This document shows positions 39,852-52,733 of a stretch of DNA of 64,000 nt, one piece after another. This DNA is from Geosiphon pyriformis uo1 (taxonomy: Eukaryota > Fungi > Glomeromycota). A program made the translations under genes and the position numbers. Numbering within the stretch: the first letter of the stretch is position 1; each line of letters opens with the position of its first letter. A model generated the notes under the pieces. It had not been told where the DNA came from. It ran no database searches and saw only the letters and a list, made by a program, of their open reading frames with translations. The DNA is taken from positions 549,436 through 613,435 of the forward strand of contig JAAOMT010000176.1 of assembly GCA_016748015.1 (NCBI GenBank). Direction: 5' to 3'.

Positions 39852-41051
39852 ATCTATTTTTCTGTACTTCAGTTTAAATCAGACTTTATATTTAATAGAC
39901 TTGAAATGAGAAATTGAATTCATATTTTGTGATGTTGAAATGCTATAATATAAGTTTTGTAAATTTACTTATAATTTATTATTAACAAATTATGAATTGT
40001 TTTTGTAATCAAAAGTGTGGAAATTCCAAAAAACTCATTTTATTTTATTTTTGAATTTTATATATTATATTTTAAAATATTAAAACAAGGATTTTTTAAC
40101 TAAAAACTTAAAAATCATAAATAAATTTTTAATAAATTTAGGTAAATTATAAATAAAATAATAATTATTTTTAATGTTATTTATTATTATTATTATTATT
40201 ATTATATTTTGTTTATACAAGTATAGTTTAAACACAATTTATTATATTAATGCATATATATTTTTAAAATAAACACAAATTATACTTTGTTTACATATAT
40301 AATTAATTATCTATTATTTATTTTAACATATAATTTTAAGATTATATACGTATAATTTTTAATTGAATTTTTGGCTTAATTAAATTTTTTAATATCAATA
40401 TTATTTTATTTTATTTTAATATTATTAATTAATTAATATTAGAAAAATTAAATTATTGCATTTTATTATTGACATCTAATATATCTTGTTTTATAAAATT
40501 TGAACGCGTGACGTCACATGTCATTGGATAAAATTTTCACGTCATCCATCCTAATCTTTTGGGAGCTTCCTAACGTCGAACCCTTCTGATATCTTCTCAA
40601 TCACCTGTGATTGCTGATCATACAGAAGACAACCGACCTGCTTGTGTGAAGTGGTGGAAAGTATTGATGGCAGGCAATCGACATTGGGCTATAGTTCCAA
40701 TACACAATGTAAGAATTATATCTAGTAATTCGAATATGGCTCCTTTTCCATAACTCGACTAAACATGAGTATTCATACCACAGTTCATTTTAAATATTTA
40801 AAATCGAAATCCAGTATAATCTCAAAAATCCCACATTCACTACTGGAACGATGCTTGTCATCTAAAGTTTTTCAGACAAGGAATGGCTGGCGAAGTATTT
40901 CTTTACTATATCTTTTATACAGATACCCGCCTCGTAAGAAATAAATGGCGAGGTGAAAGTGACTAATTTTTTTAAGGAGTAAAATTTTAATATATATAAT
41001 AATTAAATTAAAGAATTAACCAATTAAACAAAATATCTCTTGTAAATTATA

Positions 41052-42608
41052 TTAAATGAACCAACCTTTAGAAAAATCAATCATTTGCAAAGTTAAAGGA
41101 CGACTTGTATAAACTGCTCCTGTATGAATTGCTGTTGTTGTTGTCGCGTTGTTCTTTAACATTTCTTCTACGTATTTCTCTGATTCTTTAAACTGTATTA
41201 TTTCAGGCCTCTCAGTCTTAGGCCCTTCACCTATAGACTCTTCATCTATAGACTCTTCACCTATAGACCCCCGAAACATATCCAGAAGTTCTTCTAACTT
41301 CTCTTCCAACTTCCTTGACAGTAGGACGATCCTTAGGATTAGGATCCCAACACTTTTTAATTATTTCGGCAATTGAAGGTGGAATAAGTGGGGAGGTAAT
41401 CTTAGGCCTAGCCCCATTTAAAATAGCCATTATAAGGATATTATCATGAGAATAATCATGAAAGGGAGGCTTTCCTGTTACTAATTCCCATAATAACAAG
41501 GCAAAACTATAAATATCACCAGCTGAAGTAAACTTTTCTCCTCTTAAAACTTTTGGTGGAATATATGGAACCATGCCATATATCTTTTTCTTATCTATTG
41601 CTATTGTTGTTGTAGTTGTTTTTGTTGTAGTTGTTATTGTTGTTGTTGCTGCTGCTGCTGTTCTTGAACTTGTTGTCGTTTCTGAGTTCGATGTTGATGT
41701 CGTTGTTTCTGTTGTTGTTTGATGGTTTGTAGGTTGATATAATCCGAGGTCTCCGATTATAGAGCTACAGCCAAACATACTTTCTACGAGTAGGATGTTG
41801 CCCGAGTTTAGGTTACGATGAACCATACCAGAAGAATGAATTTTATCAAGCCCGCTGACTATTCCAGTAACGATCATTAATTTAGAAAGCCAACTCGCAG
41901 AATGAAAATTTGTTGATAAATATATTCTCAGGTCTCCACGTTCGGCAAACATCATCACAATTCCATATTCGAGTGTTTCAGCGTTTTGCGTAATCCCATA
42001 TATTGAAGAGATATTGAATAGATAGCCCTTGATTAACATACCTCTTTGAATATTTAACTATCAACAAAGTGTAAAAATAACAAAGTAGATGTATAATATA
42101 ATAATAGGTAAATATAAATTTAATAATAATAATAGGTAAATATAAATTTAATAATAATAATAATAATAATATAATTTACCTCTTTAAATACTTCTTCACT
42201 GTTTGTTTTTATAAATTTTATTGCTACTTCCTTTTTTTCCCCCTTTCGTATTCCATTGAACCACGATGTTTTATACTCCACTCATTAATTAATCCATCAA
42301 TAAGGGTTGCTTTATAAATTATACCGAACCCTCCTCTAGCAATTTCGTTGATATTCGATAAATGCTCCCATGGAATCCATTCGTAATAATTCAATCTACC
42401 ACCATCATCTTCATTATTAGGTGTAAAATAGATTGGATTATTAATTATTTCATCGACTACTTTATTGCCGCTTGAAAAGTCCTGGTAAAGTTTTTCAAAA
42501 AATATGAACCGGCCGCTCCCAATTATTTTTAATGCTCTTTTGATACGGTTTACATTCGTTACAATCATGAGCATGTGGACGAGTTCTTTTAATTTCAAGG
42601 TTTTCAAT
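41052..42608 (-). pseudogene. TKL-like protein kinase family, copy A (pseudogene)
   Basis: Paralog of 44131-45970. The ATG has become ATT at ~42606-42608, there are frameshifts in exon 1 and near 41315, and the motifs read HRN and PPK. The 3' mini-exon is interrupted at ~40960. Confidence 0.85.
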
Positions 42609-44130
42609 GGTATAAATAAAAAACAAAGAATAAGGGATAAAATAGGAAGAAATTATTCGAAAAAGGGTTTTTTTTAAAAAGCTTTTATTAATAGTATGTT
42701 TAGGAGTTCGTATTTATGTTATTTCTCTATTTTAACAAATCAACTTATTTTAATCTTTTATTCATCAAACTGTGATTCATACTAAATAGGTTATTTATAT
42801 ACATTAGCCAGATTACTGTTAGGCTGAAATTTAACAGCGAATGTATATTATTAATTAAGAAATATTAAAATTATCTTAATTTATCATCGTTAGAATTAAG
42901 ATTCAATAATAAAATTAAAAGACTTGATAAAACTTAAATTAATTTTGATGTTTTAATTAAAACTTTTAAATATATATAAAAAGACATTGTTTTATTTTAT
43001 ATTTTATCTTACAAAATTAAATTTAATAGAAGACATTTGCATATTTAAATAAATTTTTTTGATTTATTATTAATAATTATTTTGTTGTATTTTGTATTTT
43101 TTAATGTTTGTATTTGTAAACATAAAAAAATTAATTTTAACATATTTTTAAAATAAAAAAGTTTTATTTGACAAATCTTAAATATAATTAAAATTAATAT
43201 TCATTAATTAATTTTATGAATCCATTTAATTGGCTTATGGATTAAAAATATTAGCTTTTATTAATTATTTTGTAATCTTTAATTAATCTACTAAATTTTG
43301 TTTATTTATTTTAATTATGAACTGTTTACATATTAATAAAGATATTATTTTATTAAAACATTAAAATTATAATTAAAATATTAAAATTATAATTTAAAAT
43401 ATTTAATTATTAATCATTGCTTCAATTATGAATCCTATAATACAAAATTGATAGGAGTGAATGAGAAAATTCAATTTTATGGTGAATAAACAAAGTGGGT
43501 GGTGACGGGAATAAATCACATTGTTGTCGCCATTACTTTTTTATGTTTACTCAAAAATATAAATTAATTTGGAAAAATCAAAAAATTATCTCAATATTAT
43601 ATCCTACATTATATTTATATTAATACATAAAAATATATCTATCTTTAAAGAAACATAACTTATTTTCAAACGATTATTATAATGTTACAATTTGAAAAAA
43701 ATGCAATAGGAATTGTAAAAGCTTTATTAGTCATGCTAAAGTTTATTGTCTCATAATTTAAGGCATATCGATCAATCATAAATACTCACTATTTTGATAA
43801 ACAACATCACGATAACTCTAAATTGGTATTTAGAGTTATCAATCTCAATCAAATAATAAAGTTAAGCATTCGAATTCTTTACGCATCACACGAAATCTAA
43901 ATTTAGGCAACAAGACAATCAGACAATGGAAAACTTGTTTGGCTCTTTGTGTATTATAGTTACTTAAAACTACTTAGTTTATTAAACCATGTGAATATTC
44001 AGAAAAAATATAAATACGAACCTCGTCTTTAACAAATTACTTTCTAAACGTACTATCAAATAAAGCCTTTTATAGAAAACCTCTATTTTATCAACATTCA
44101 AATAACAACCTATTTACACTTGTTTACACC

Positions 44131-45970
44131 ATGGAAAACAAAGAAATTAAAAGAACTCGTCCAGAAGTTCATGATTGCGATAAGTGTTCCGAGTGTCAAC
44201 AGAGTATTAAAAACAATAGTAGAAATTTTTGTATTGCATGCCAGTTCTTATTTTTTGAAAAACTTTACCGCAACTTTTCAAGCGGCAATAAAGTAGTTGA
44301 TGAAATAATTAAGAATCCAATCTATATTCTACCTAATAAGAATAATAGTAATAAATATGAAATAAATTACTATGAATGGATTTCATGGGAGCGCTTGTCG
44401 AATATCAAGGAAATTGGTAGAGGAAGGTTCGGTATAATTTATGAAGCAACCCTAATTGACGGATTAATTGATAGGTGGAATATAAAACATCATGGTAAAA
44501 TGGAATATAAAAGAAGTAAATATAATCTATATCAAGAAAAGATTGATGAAGTAGCAATAAAAATTATAAAAACGAACAGTTCAGAAGTGTTTAAAGAGGT
44601 AAACAAACAATTCATTTATTATATTTATATTTATATTTATGTTTAATTCATATTTACCTATTATTTATTTACTGTATATTACCGTTTATTTACATTTTAC
44701 ACTGTGTTCATAGTTAAATATTCAAAGAGCCATGTTTATTTATAAAAACCAGGACGACTTGATAAATATCTCTTCAATATATGGGATTACACAAAACGCT
44801 GAAACACTCGAATATGGAATTGTGATGATGTTTGCCGAACGTGGAGACCTGAGAAAATATTTATCAACAAATTTTCATTCTGCGAGTTGGCTTTCTAAAT
44901 TAATGATCGTTACTGGAATAGTCAGCGGGCTTGATAAAATTCATTCTTCTGGTATGGTTCATCGTAACCTAAATTCGGGCAACATCCTACTCGTAGAAAG
45001 TATGTTTGGCTGTAGCTCTATAATCGGAGACCTCGGATTATATCAACCTACAAACCATCAAACAACAACAGAAACAACGACATCAACATCGAACTCAGAA
45101 ACGACAACAAGTTCAAGAACAACAGCAGCAGCAGCAGCAGCAACAACAACAACAATAACAACTACAACTACAACTACAACAATAAAAACAACGGATGAGA
45201 AAAAGATATATGGAGTGATTCCATACATTCCACCAGAAGTTTTAAGAGGAGAAAAGTTTACTTCAGCTGGTGATATTTATAGTTTTGCCTTGTTATTATG
45301 GGAATTAGTAACAGGAAAGCCTCCCTTTCATGATTATTCTCATGATAATATCCTTATAATGGCTATTTTAAATGGGGCTAGGCCTAAGATTACCTCCCCA
45401 CTTATTCCACCTTGTATTGCTGAATTAATTAAAAAGTGTTGGCATCCTAATCCAAAGGATCGTCCTACTGCCAAAGAAGTTGAAGACAAGTTGGAAGAAC
45501 TTCTGGATATGTTTCGGGAGTCTATAGGTGAAAGGTCTAAGACTGTGGGTCTCCAGTTTTTAGAATCAGATAAATACGTAAAAGGAATTTTAAAGAACAA
45601 CGCGACAACAACAACAGCAATTCATCCAGGAGCAGTTTATACAAGTCGTCCTTTAACTTTGCAAATGATTGATTTTTCTAAAGGTTAGTTGATTTGATTT
45701 GATTTGATTTGATTTGATTTGATTTGATTTGATTTGATTTGATTTGATTTGATTTGATTTAATTCATAAGAGATAAACTTTTTAATTGATCATTCCTTTG
45801 ATTTAATTATTACATATTAAAAATTTACCTTAATTTATTTTACTTTATAAAAGAATTAGTCTATTTGCCTGAAGGTAAGAAATTATATCTATCATTAATC
45901 ATTAATAAAACTTATGCTCTCATTTAACATTTATTTCTTTTACTATTTATTATATTTAGACGATTCTTAA
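44131..45970 (+). CDS. TKL-like protein kinase family, copy B: open frame, predicted pseudokinase (HRN)
   Basis: Exons 44131-44598, 44713-45683, 45854-45874 and 45960-45970. N-terminal CxxC..C...CxxC, EWISWE, GRGRFG, VAIK, HRNLNSGN, GDLG, PYIPPE, and the C-terminal HPGAVYTSR typical of the Glomeromycotina kinase expansion. Confidence 0.85.
45691..45760 (+). repeat. (GATTT)14 pentanucleotide microsatellite in intron 2 of kinase B
   Basis: Direct reading of the sequence. Confidence 0.95.
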
Positions 45971-46149
45971 TAGATTAATTTTATTAGTTAGTTGATCTTT
46001 TTCATAAATTATATAAATTATAAAATTTATATTAATATGTTAAAGTATATATATATCTTTATTAATTTATTATAAATGATATTTTCTCTCACCTAAAAAA
46101 TATTATTTCAAAGTTTAATATTTTATTGATTGCTCGTTGACTTAATCCA

Positions 46150-46352
46150 ACGTCGTAAATCTCGATCATATAAGATATTTCCCACAATGAGCCATACCGA
46201 ATCCTCCTCTAGCGATTTCGTTTATATTTTTTAACCGTTCCCATTGAATCCATTCATAATAATTCAGACTACCTTAATAATTATTTTTAGTAGGTGGGTA
46301 ATAGATTTAATTCTTAATTATTTGTTAACCCTTTTATTCGCGCTTGAAAAGT
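46150..46352 (-). pseudogene. Kinase-family exon-1 relic (copy F)
   Basis: The reverse complement contains ttttcaagcg and ...aattattatgaatggattcaatgggaacgg...gaaatcgctagaggaggattcggt (NYYEWIQWERL..INEIARGGFG). Confidence 0.7.
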
Positions 46353-47069
46353 ATTTTATATGTTAAATTTAAACCTATGTTCTTCAAAACCGAGAATTTA
46401 GCTAACAGTAAATGTGCTATCATTAATCAAAAATTATTAATTTCAGATACTTCGTCAATCCTCTTCTGGTCTATTACATTTGGAGTTTTAAAGGTTTAAA
46501 GTTTTTGCAGTTTGTTAAATTTAAAATTTTTGATAAATAAATATTATTTGACATTCAAGTTAAAACTTTTCAAATTAATTCTTTTAAGATTTAGATAAAT
46601 TTGGTTGCAATTATTTTATGATTTCTTAAAACATGTTATAAAATAAAATATTAATCAACTTTCATTTTAATAAATTTTAATTTTTTTAAACTGTAATTAG
46701 CTTTAGTTTTCTTGTTTAATTATTATTATTATTTGGTTTAAATTATAATTTATTTATTCCTTAAAAATATTTTTGATAAACTTTTAATAATTATAAAATT
46801 ATTTATATAAGTAATACATCTTAAAGCTTTAATGAATAGAATATATATTCCATTTTTAAAAAAAATTATTTATTTTTTTTGTAATAATAATTTTGAATTA
46901 ATTAAAAATTTTTAAAAGTTACATTAAAAAATCTTTATTTTTATTCAAATTCAAAATTCTTTAATAATTTTAACTTAATATAAAATTAATTTAAATAAAA
47001 CTTTTAAAAATATCTTTGTTTAAATTTATAATAATTTTAGCATTAATAAATTAACAAAATTACAAAAAA

Positions 47070-49420
47070 AATAAAAAAAGTTTTTATTTATGTTAACAAA
47101 AATTAAACTTTTTGTCTCTTTAATTTTATGACCACGACCAGAGCAAAGAGTAAAAAAGCTGCATCTGATATCTGTCCTGAGATATCTAATAAAATTTCAA
47201 CCAAAGGAGCTCTTTCTGTTGTAGAAGCAACTAAGCAAAACGTTTTAGAAGCCTTCCTTTTACCCAGTAATCATAAAAAACTGCCTTTGGTAGCCACTGA
47301 AGCAACTTCTTTATCTTTGGCTGGTTTCTTACCAGTCAAAGTTTTCTCAAAGAGACATACTTGGGTTAATTCCACTGTCACCTTCATCCCTATTAAGAGC
47401 CCAGAAGTATTTAATAATAGACTAGTTAACAAGCTGGTGTTCCCCTTTATAGCTTCAATATCTGATGCTTCTAGCATTTCCTCTTCTCAAAAAGACCAAA
47501 AGTTTAGAAAAGTGGGAGCAGTTACCTGCTTCTGCTATTGTTACACCGAATCTCTTTGTGGTTCCAAATAAGATCTTATATAAGATCTCCATAGCATCAT
47601 CTGGCACATTATCCAAAATAGGCCAAGATCAACTACTGGCTGTATTGCCAAATGTGGTGTCTTCTGGCAAATCATTGCTGGTTTTAGAAGCAAAACAATC
47701 TTCTCCTGTTGAGTCACTTGTTCTTGTGAACTGGGCTGATCAGATGAAAACTGAATCATCTCTTTCTCTAGTTTCTGATACTACTTTTGGTGGTGCTTAG
47801 AAAACTATTGCTAGTCATCAAAAGTTTGCTGGGTGGATGGTCTCCACTTTGGTATCTGGTGCTATTTTTAAAATCAAATTGGCTTATGTTAAGACTGTTT
47901 TTTAGTCTGTACATAGTTTTTTGGGTACTAAGTCTGTTTCAAAAGACAATGTAAAACTTTTTTGTGTGGAATTTGCTTTTCAAACCTCTTTAGATGCTGC
48001 ATTTTTAGTTGAGCTTACAAGCTTTGTTCATCTTGTCACTCTTAAAATTGCCAAGTCTTTGGTGGTTTTTAAGTCTGGATCCCCTTTTGCTGCTGTTGCA
48101 CTGTGTAATATGCCTTTGAGTGTGTCTGCTGTTGACATTAAGACAGCTCTTAGTGTTTTTGGTATGGTTACTTGTGTTATGCTAAAGCCTACTGGCATTT
48201 GGCAATATGTGGTGATTTATTTTGAGAAGTTAGATTCTGCCATGTCTGTTTTGAATCATTAGTTAGTATTGGTGGGCAAAGATTGTGTTAGAATCCTTCT
48301 CTTGGTGAATCAAAATGAGACTATTTTGTTTCATAATAGATTTAAGGCCAAGTTGGTCAATCTTCTTCCTGGCTGTATTGCCTTTGAAATCAGTAATATA
48401 ATTTTTCAAGTTGGTGGCCAGTCTTGTTTCATTCCTCAGTCTTCTAATTCTAGTCATTGTCTCTACTTTGCTCTAGTTATATTTGGCTCCCAAGCTGATT
48501 TGGATCTTGTTGTTACCAATACTGGTATGCTTAGAAAGTGCTGTATCTGGTGGGAGACTCCTAATTGTTGGCATTGTTTTCAGTGTCAAGAAACAGGTCA
48601 CTTGGCTGTAGACTGTAAAGTTGCTTCATCTCTCTTTCCTAAGATGCTTAAGGTGTTCACACCACATTTTGTTGGTTCTTTGTCTTATGCTAAAGCATCT
48701 GCTCCCCCTGTTATGTCTAAATTTCCTCCTTTGGTGGCTTCCGCCCCTCCTGTGGCTGTTGATTCTGCTGTTGGGTCCAAATTGGACTCTTTGGAAAAGC
48801 AAATTTCGAATTTGGCTGCTTTGGTTAAGTCTATTGTTAAGTCTGTTGGCTTTTTGGTTGCTTTGGTATCTCATCTCCTTGATGATAATGCTGTTAAGAC
48901 TGTTCAGTCAAAGAAAAATCTTTTTTCTATAAAATATGCTTCTAACAATTTTGCCAATCTTTTGGTTGGTGTGTCTAAGAATATTGCTTGTTTTAGATCT
49001 GAAGTTGACTTTGGTGGCATAGATTATAATAATATGCAGGCCACCAAATTTTCTCTCTTAAGTAAAGATACTGTTGAGTATGTTATAGCTTTGTGGCAGA
49101 TGTTGGGTGCTAAGATTAGGAGTAGTATTGAATCTACTAGATTATTTTTTAGTGAGTTTATTTTTGATTTTAGGAATCTGAATGGTGTTATTGAAAAAAT
49201 TTGTGAGTTGAAATTATTCTCATCTTTTATTGTTTCAGCATAGTGTGTTCTTGATTGGTCCGAGTGACTAGTTATGTATAGAAAGTACATAATTAACATC
49301 TAGTTTAGATTATTTCTTTGGTGTATAATACTAGATTATTTTTGGGCTGTACTCGTTAAGCAAATAAAAAATAAAAAATAAAATAAAATAAAATAAAATA
49401 AAATAAAAAATAAAAAAAAA
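47070..49420 (+). mobile_element. ORF1-only non-LTR retroelement (HAL1-like), copy 2, better preserved
   Basis: ORF 47128-49243 with a few stops and frameshifts, an RRM-like segment, CCHC (CFQCQETGHLAVDC), SYAKA and a coiled coil. The 3' UTR is shared with copy 1, and an A-rich tail with (AAAAT)n lies at 49362-49420. No EN/RT. Confidence 0.8.
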
Positions 49421-49649
49421 GCAAATAAATTATTTTATTCTTAAATAAAAATATTTATATTTATATAAAAAAATAAATTTAATATTAAATTAATAAATAA
49501 ATAAATAAGTTATATCAATACAATTTAAAAAAATTATATATAAATATATATTAATTTTGAATAAAAAAAATTTTTTATTTTTATAATTACATTTAAAACA
49601 AAAAATAACATAGTTTTAACTTTTATTTTAATATTGTTTCTATTAATTT

Positions 49650-49975
49650 TTATCTTTTGTTGATAATAATGTTTTTTTTAATTTGATGTTTTTTTGGAAA
49701 CATGAATTTGCTGCTGTTCAGACTGATGCCATAAAAACGGCTGAGTGACTGGTTGGATTAGTTAGTAATAGTGTTATATTGTTTGAAATTGTTCAAAAGA
49801 TGTTTTTTTTAGATAAGTTTTTTTCTAAAGTATTAATATAATATAGTCTAAACTGGCTTTAATAGCTGGTTACATGTAAAAAGCACGTAAATTACACTTA
49901 GTTTAGAATTAATTTGTTTTAGAGTACTAGATAATGGTTGGGCCATACTTGTTAAACTTAATAAATAAAAAATAA
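49650..49975 (+). mobile_element. 5'-truncated third copy of the ORF1-only element
   Basis: Aligns with ~6826-7140 (gttgataataat...tggaaacatgaat.tgctg...gaaattgttcaaaa.atgt...agtttaga) and ends in an A-rich tail. Confidence 0.75.
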
Positions 49976-51848
49976 TAATCTAAATTTTAAATCTAAATTA
50001 ACTTTTTAAAAGTAATTGAATTATATTTTAATAAAATATTATAATATATTTATATTATTAATTTATGTGTATTTTAATAAAAAGTTAAAAAAAAACATTA
50101 TAATATTGATAAACAAAAATATTATAAAGCACAACTAATATTTATTTATATATTAATAAATAATTATAAATAACAACATTAATAATCTAACAAATAATAA
50201 TTCAAAATATTAAAATTATTTTATTATAAAATTTAAACTGGTTTTAATTTAAATTTTATTAACAAAATACAATGTTGTAAAATTATAAAAAATCAAAAAA
50301 AAATTTAATAAAATATTAATCTATTTAAAATTAACAGAATTATTTGTCTCAAATTTATATAATATAAATTATGTTTTGATAAATTTTGTTTATAATAAAT
50401 AGTATACATATTTGTTTATTAAATTTAAAAATACTGAAATGGTTGAAAAAAATTGGTTTGTTAATAAGATATTTTATTTTTTTATATTATAAAAAAATTT
50501 GAATTTTAATAATAAAACACTATGTTAATTTAAAAAAAATCAAGTAAAATAATGTTAATATAATAATTAAAAGTAAAATTAATGCAGAAATTATGTTAAA
50601 TATACTGAAAAGATATAATATATGGTCGAAATATCTGTAACTAATAAGTATTTAGAAGCTATTAATAATAATATTATTACTTAATTTTTAAATTAAGATT
50701 TTTTAAAAATAGTATTAAATAATAATATAGTATAATCTTAGTTGATTTAAATAGTTGGTTATATACAATTTATATTTAATTTATAATAAATATATTTTAT
50801 AAAAATAATTAGTAATTTATATCACAAAAAAAATATTCTTAAAAATAATAGTAAAAATAAATTTACTTCAATTTTTACATAAAATTTATACTAAATGTTT
50901 TTATATGGAAAAGTAATAAAGTATTTATATATTATTAAATAATTATATTAGATTTGTTCAGAAACTAATAGATTTAATTATTAATTTTATTAAACAAATT
51001 AATATAATTTAATTACTATTTACTTATTTAAAATATATGTTATTACTAATTAAAAATTAGATTTTAAAATATTCAAATTATTTTAATTATTTTAATTTAT
51101 TGTTTACTAATTATTATTTAAATAATTCATTTATTATTTATTTTAAATTATTTATTGCTATTAATTAATTATTATTAGCTAATAGTATTAAATAAAAGTA
51201 GTATTGATTTACAATATTTCAAAAAATATAACAATAAAAATTTAAAATATTTCGATAGAATTTAATAAATTTCAAGCAGTTTAGGTAAGTTTTAAATAGC
51301 TTAAGTTAAAATTTAAACAGTTGACTGAAATTTTATAAAACCAATAGTACTATTTAAAATTTGAATAAAAAGAACTTTTTTTTAAAAAAATCAGATTTTT
51401 AAAGAAATAACTAATTAATTAATTTTAATAATTTTTAAAAACTCAAAACGAATTTTTTTTGGAGAGATCTGTGTATATATTTTGTTTAAAAATAATTATG
51501 CAATTTTATTAAAGTTAATATATATTTGTGTTATATTAAATATATTAACTTGAAGAATAGCTAAATATTTTGTAAATCTCAATAAAACTATTGTTTACTA
51601 ATATGATAAGTATATTTTTTGTAAATTGTTAAAACTATTAAATTTATAAATATTAATGCTTTAGTTTATTTGCATTTATTGTGGTTAAATATATAGGCTA
51701 TGTATATAAATAGTAAAAAGGCTACTAAAAAATGCAAAAAAATAATGAATACTTCCAAAAATTTTAACAAAAATCTTTACCACACAATTTGAATTTTTAG
51801 GCCTGAAGATAAATTATTGTTAACAATAAGATGTGTATAAGAGACAGG

Positions 51849-52733
51849 TTTACTGGTTGACATAATCCGAGGTCTCCAATTCTAGCATTAAAAGGGTCAA
51901 CTTTTAGGATATTGCCCGGGTGTAGGTTACAATGAACCATACCAGCAGAATGAAGGGTTTCAAATTCTTCAGCTATAAAACGCGCGATCAATAATTTATC
52001 TTCCCAACTCACAGAATGAAAATTTGTTGATAAAGATTTTCACATGTCTCCGTGTTTGGCAAACTCCATCACAATTCCATACTCAAGTGTTTCAGCATTT
52101 TGCGTAATTCCCCATATTGAATCCTTAATAAACATAGCTCTTTGAATATTTAGTTATCAACACAGTGTAAAAAAGTAAATAGATAATATACAGTAAATAA
52201 ATAATAGGTAAATATAAATTAAATATATATATTAATAGTTTGTTTACCTCTTTATATACTTCTGAACTGTTCATTTTTATGATTTTTATTGCTACTTCAT
52301 CAATCTTTTGTTCCCACTTATTAGTTCTTTTTCTTTCGAATTCTATTGAATCATAATGTTTTATACTATGCTCATCAATTAATCCATCAATTAGGCTTGC
52401 TTTATAAATTATACTGGACCCTCCTCTAGCAATTTCCTTGATATTTGACAAACGCTTCCATAAAATTCATTCATAGTAATCCAAATAACCATTAAACATA
52501 TTACTATAATCTTGATTATTAGGTGGAATATAGATTGGATTCTTAATTATTTCATCGACTACTTTATTACTGCTTGAAAAGTTGCGGTAAAGTTTTTCAA
52601 AAAATATGAATTTCCATGCAGTGCAATAATTCCTTACATTATTTATTTTATCTTTAATGCTAATCTGACACACTTTACACAGGTTGCAATCATGAGCCTC
52701 TGGACGAGTTCTTTTAATTTCTTTGTTTTCCAT
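51849..52733 (-). pseudogene. TKL-like kinase family, copy C (frameshifted, 3'-truncated)
   Basis: MENKEIKRTRPEAHDC..., a stop after YYE, HCNLHPGN and GDLGLCQP, then loss of homology at ~51849. Confidence 0.85.

Noticed and set aside
45691-45760. (GATTT)n as a telomere-like repeat
   Set aside because: Intronic, internal and not TTAGGG-like; an ordinary microsatellite.
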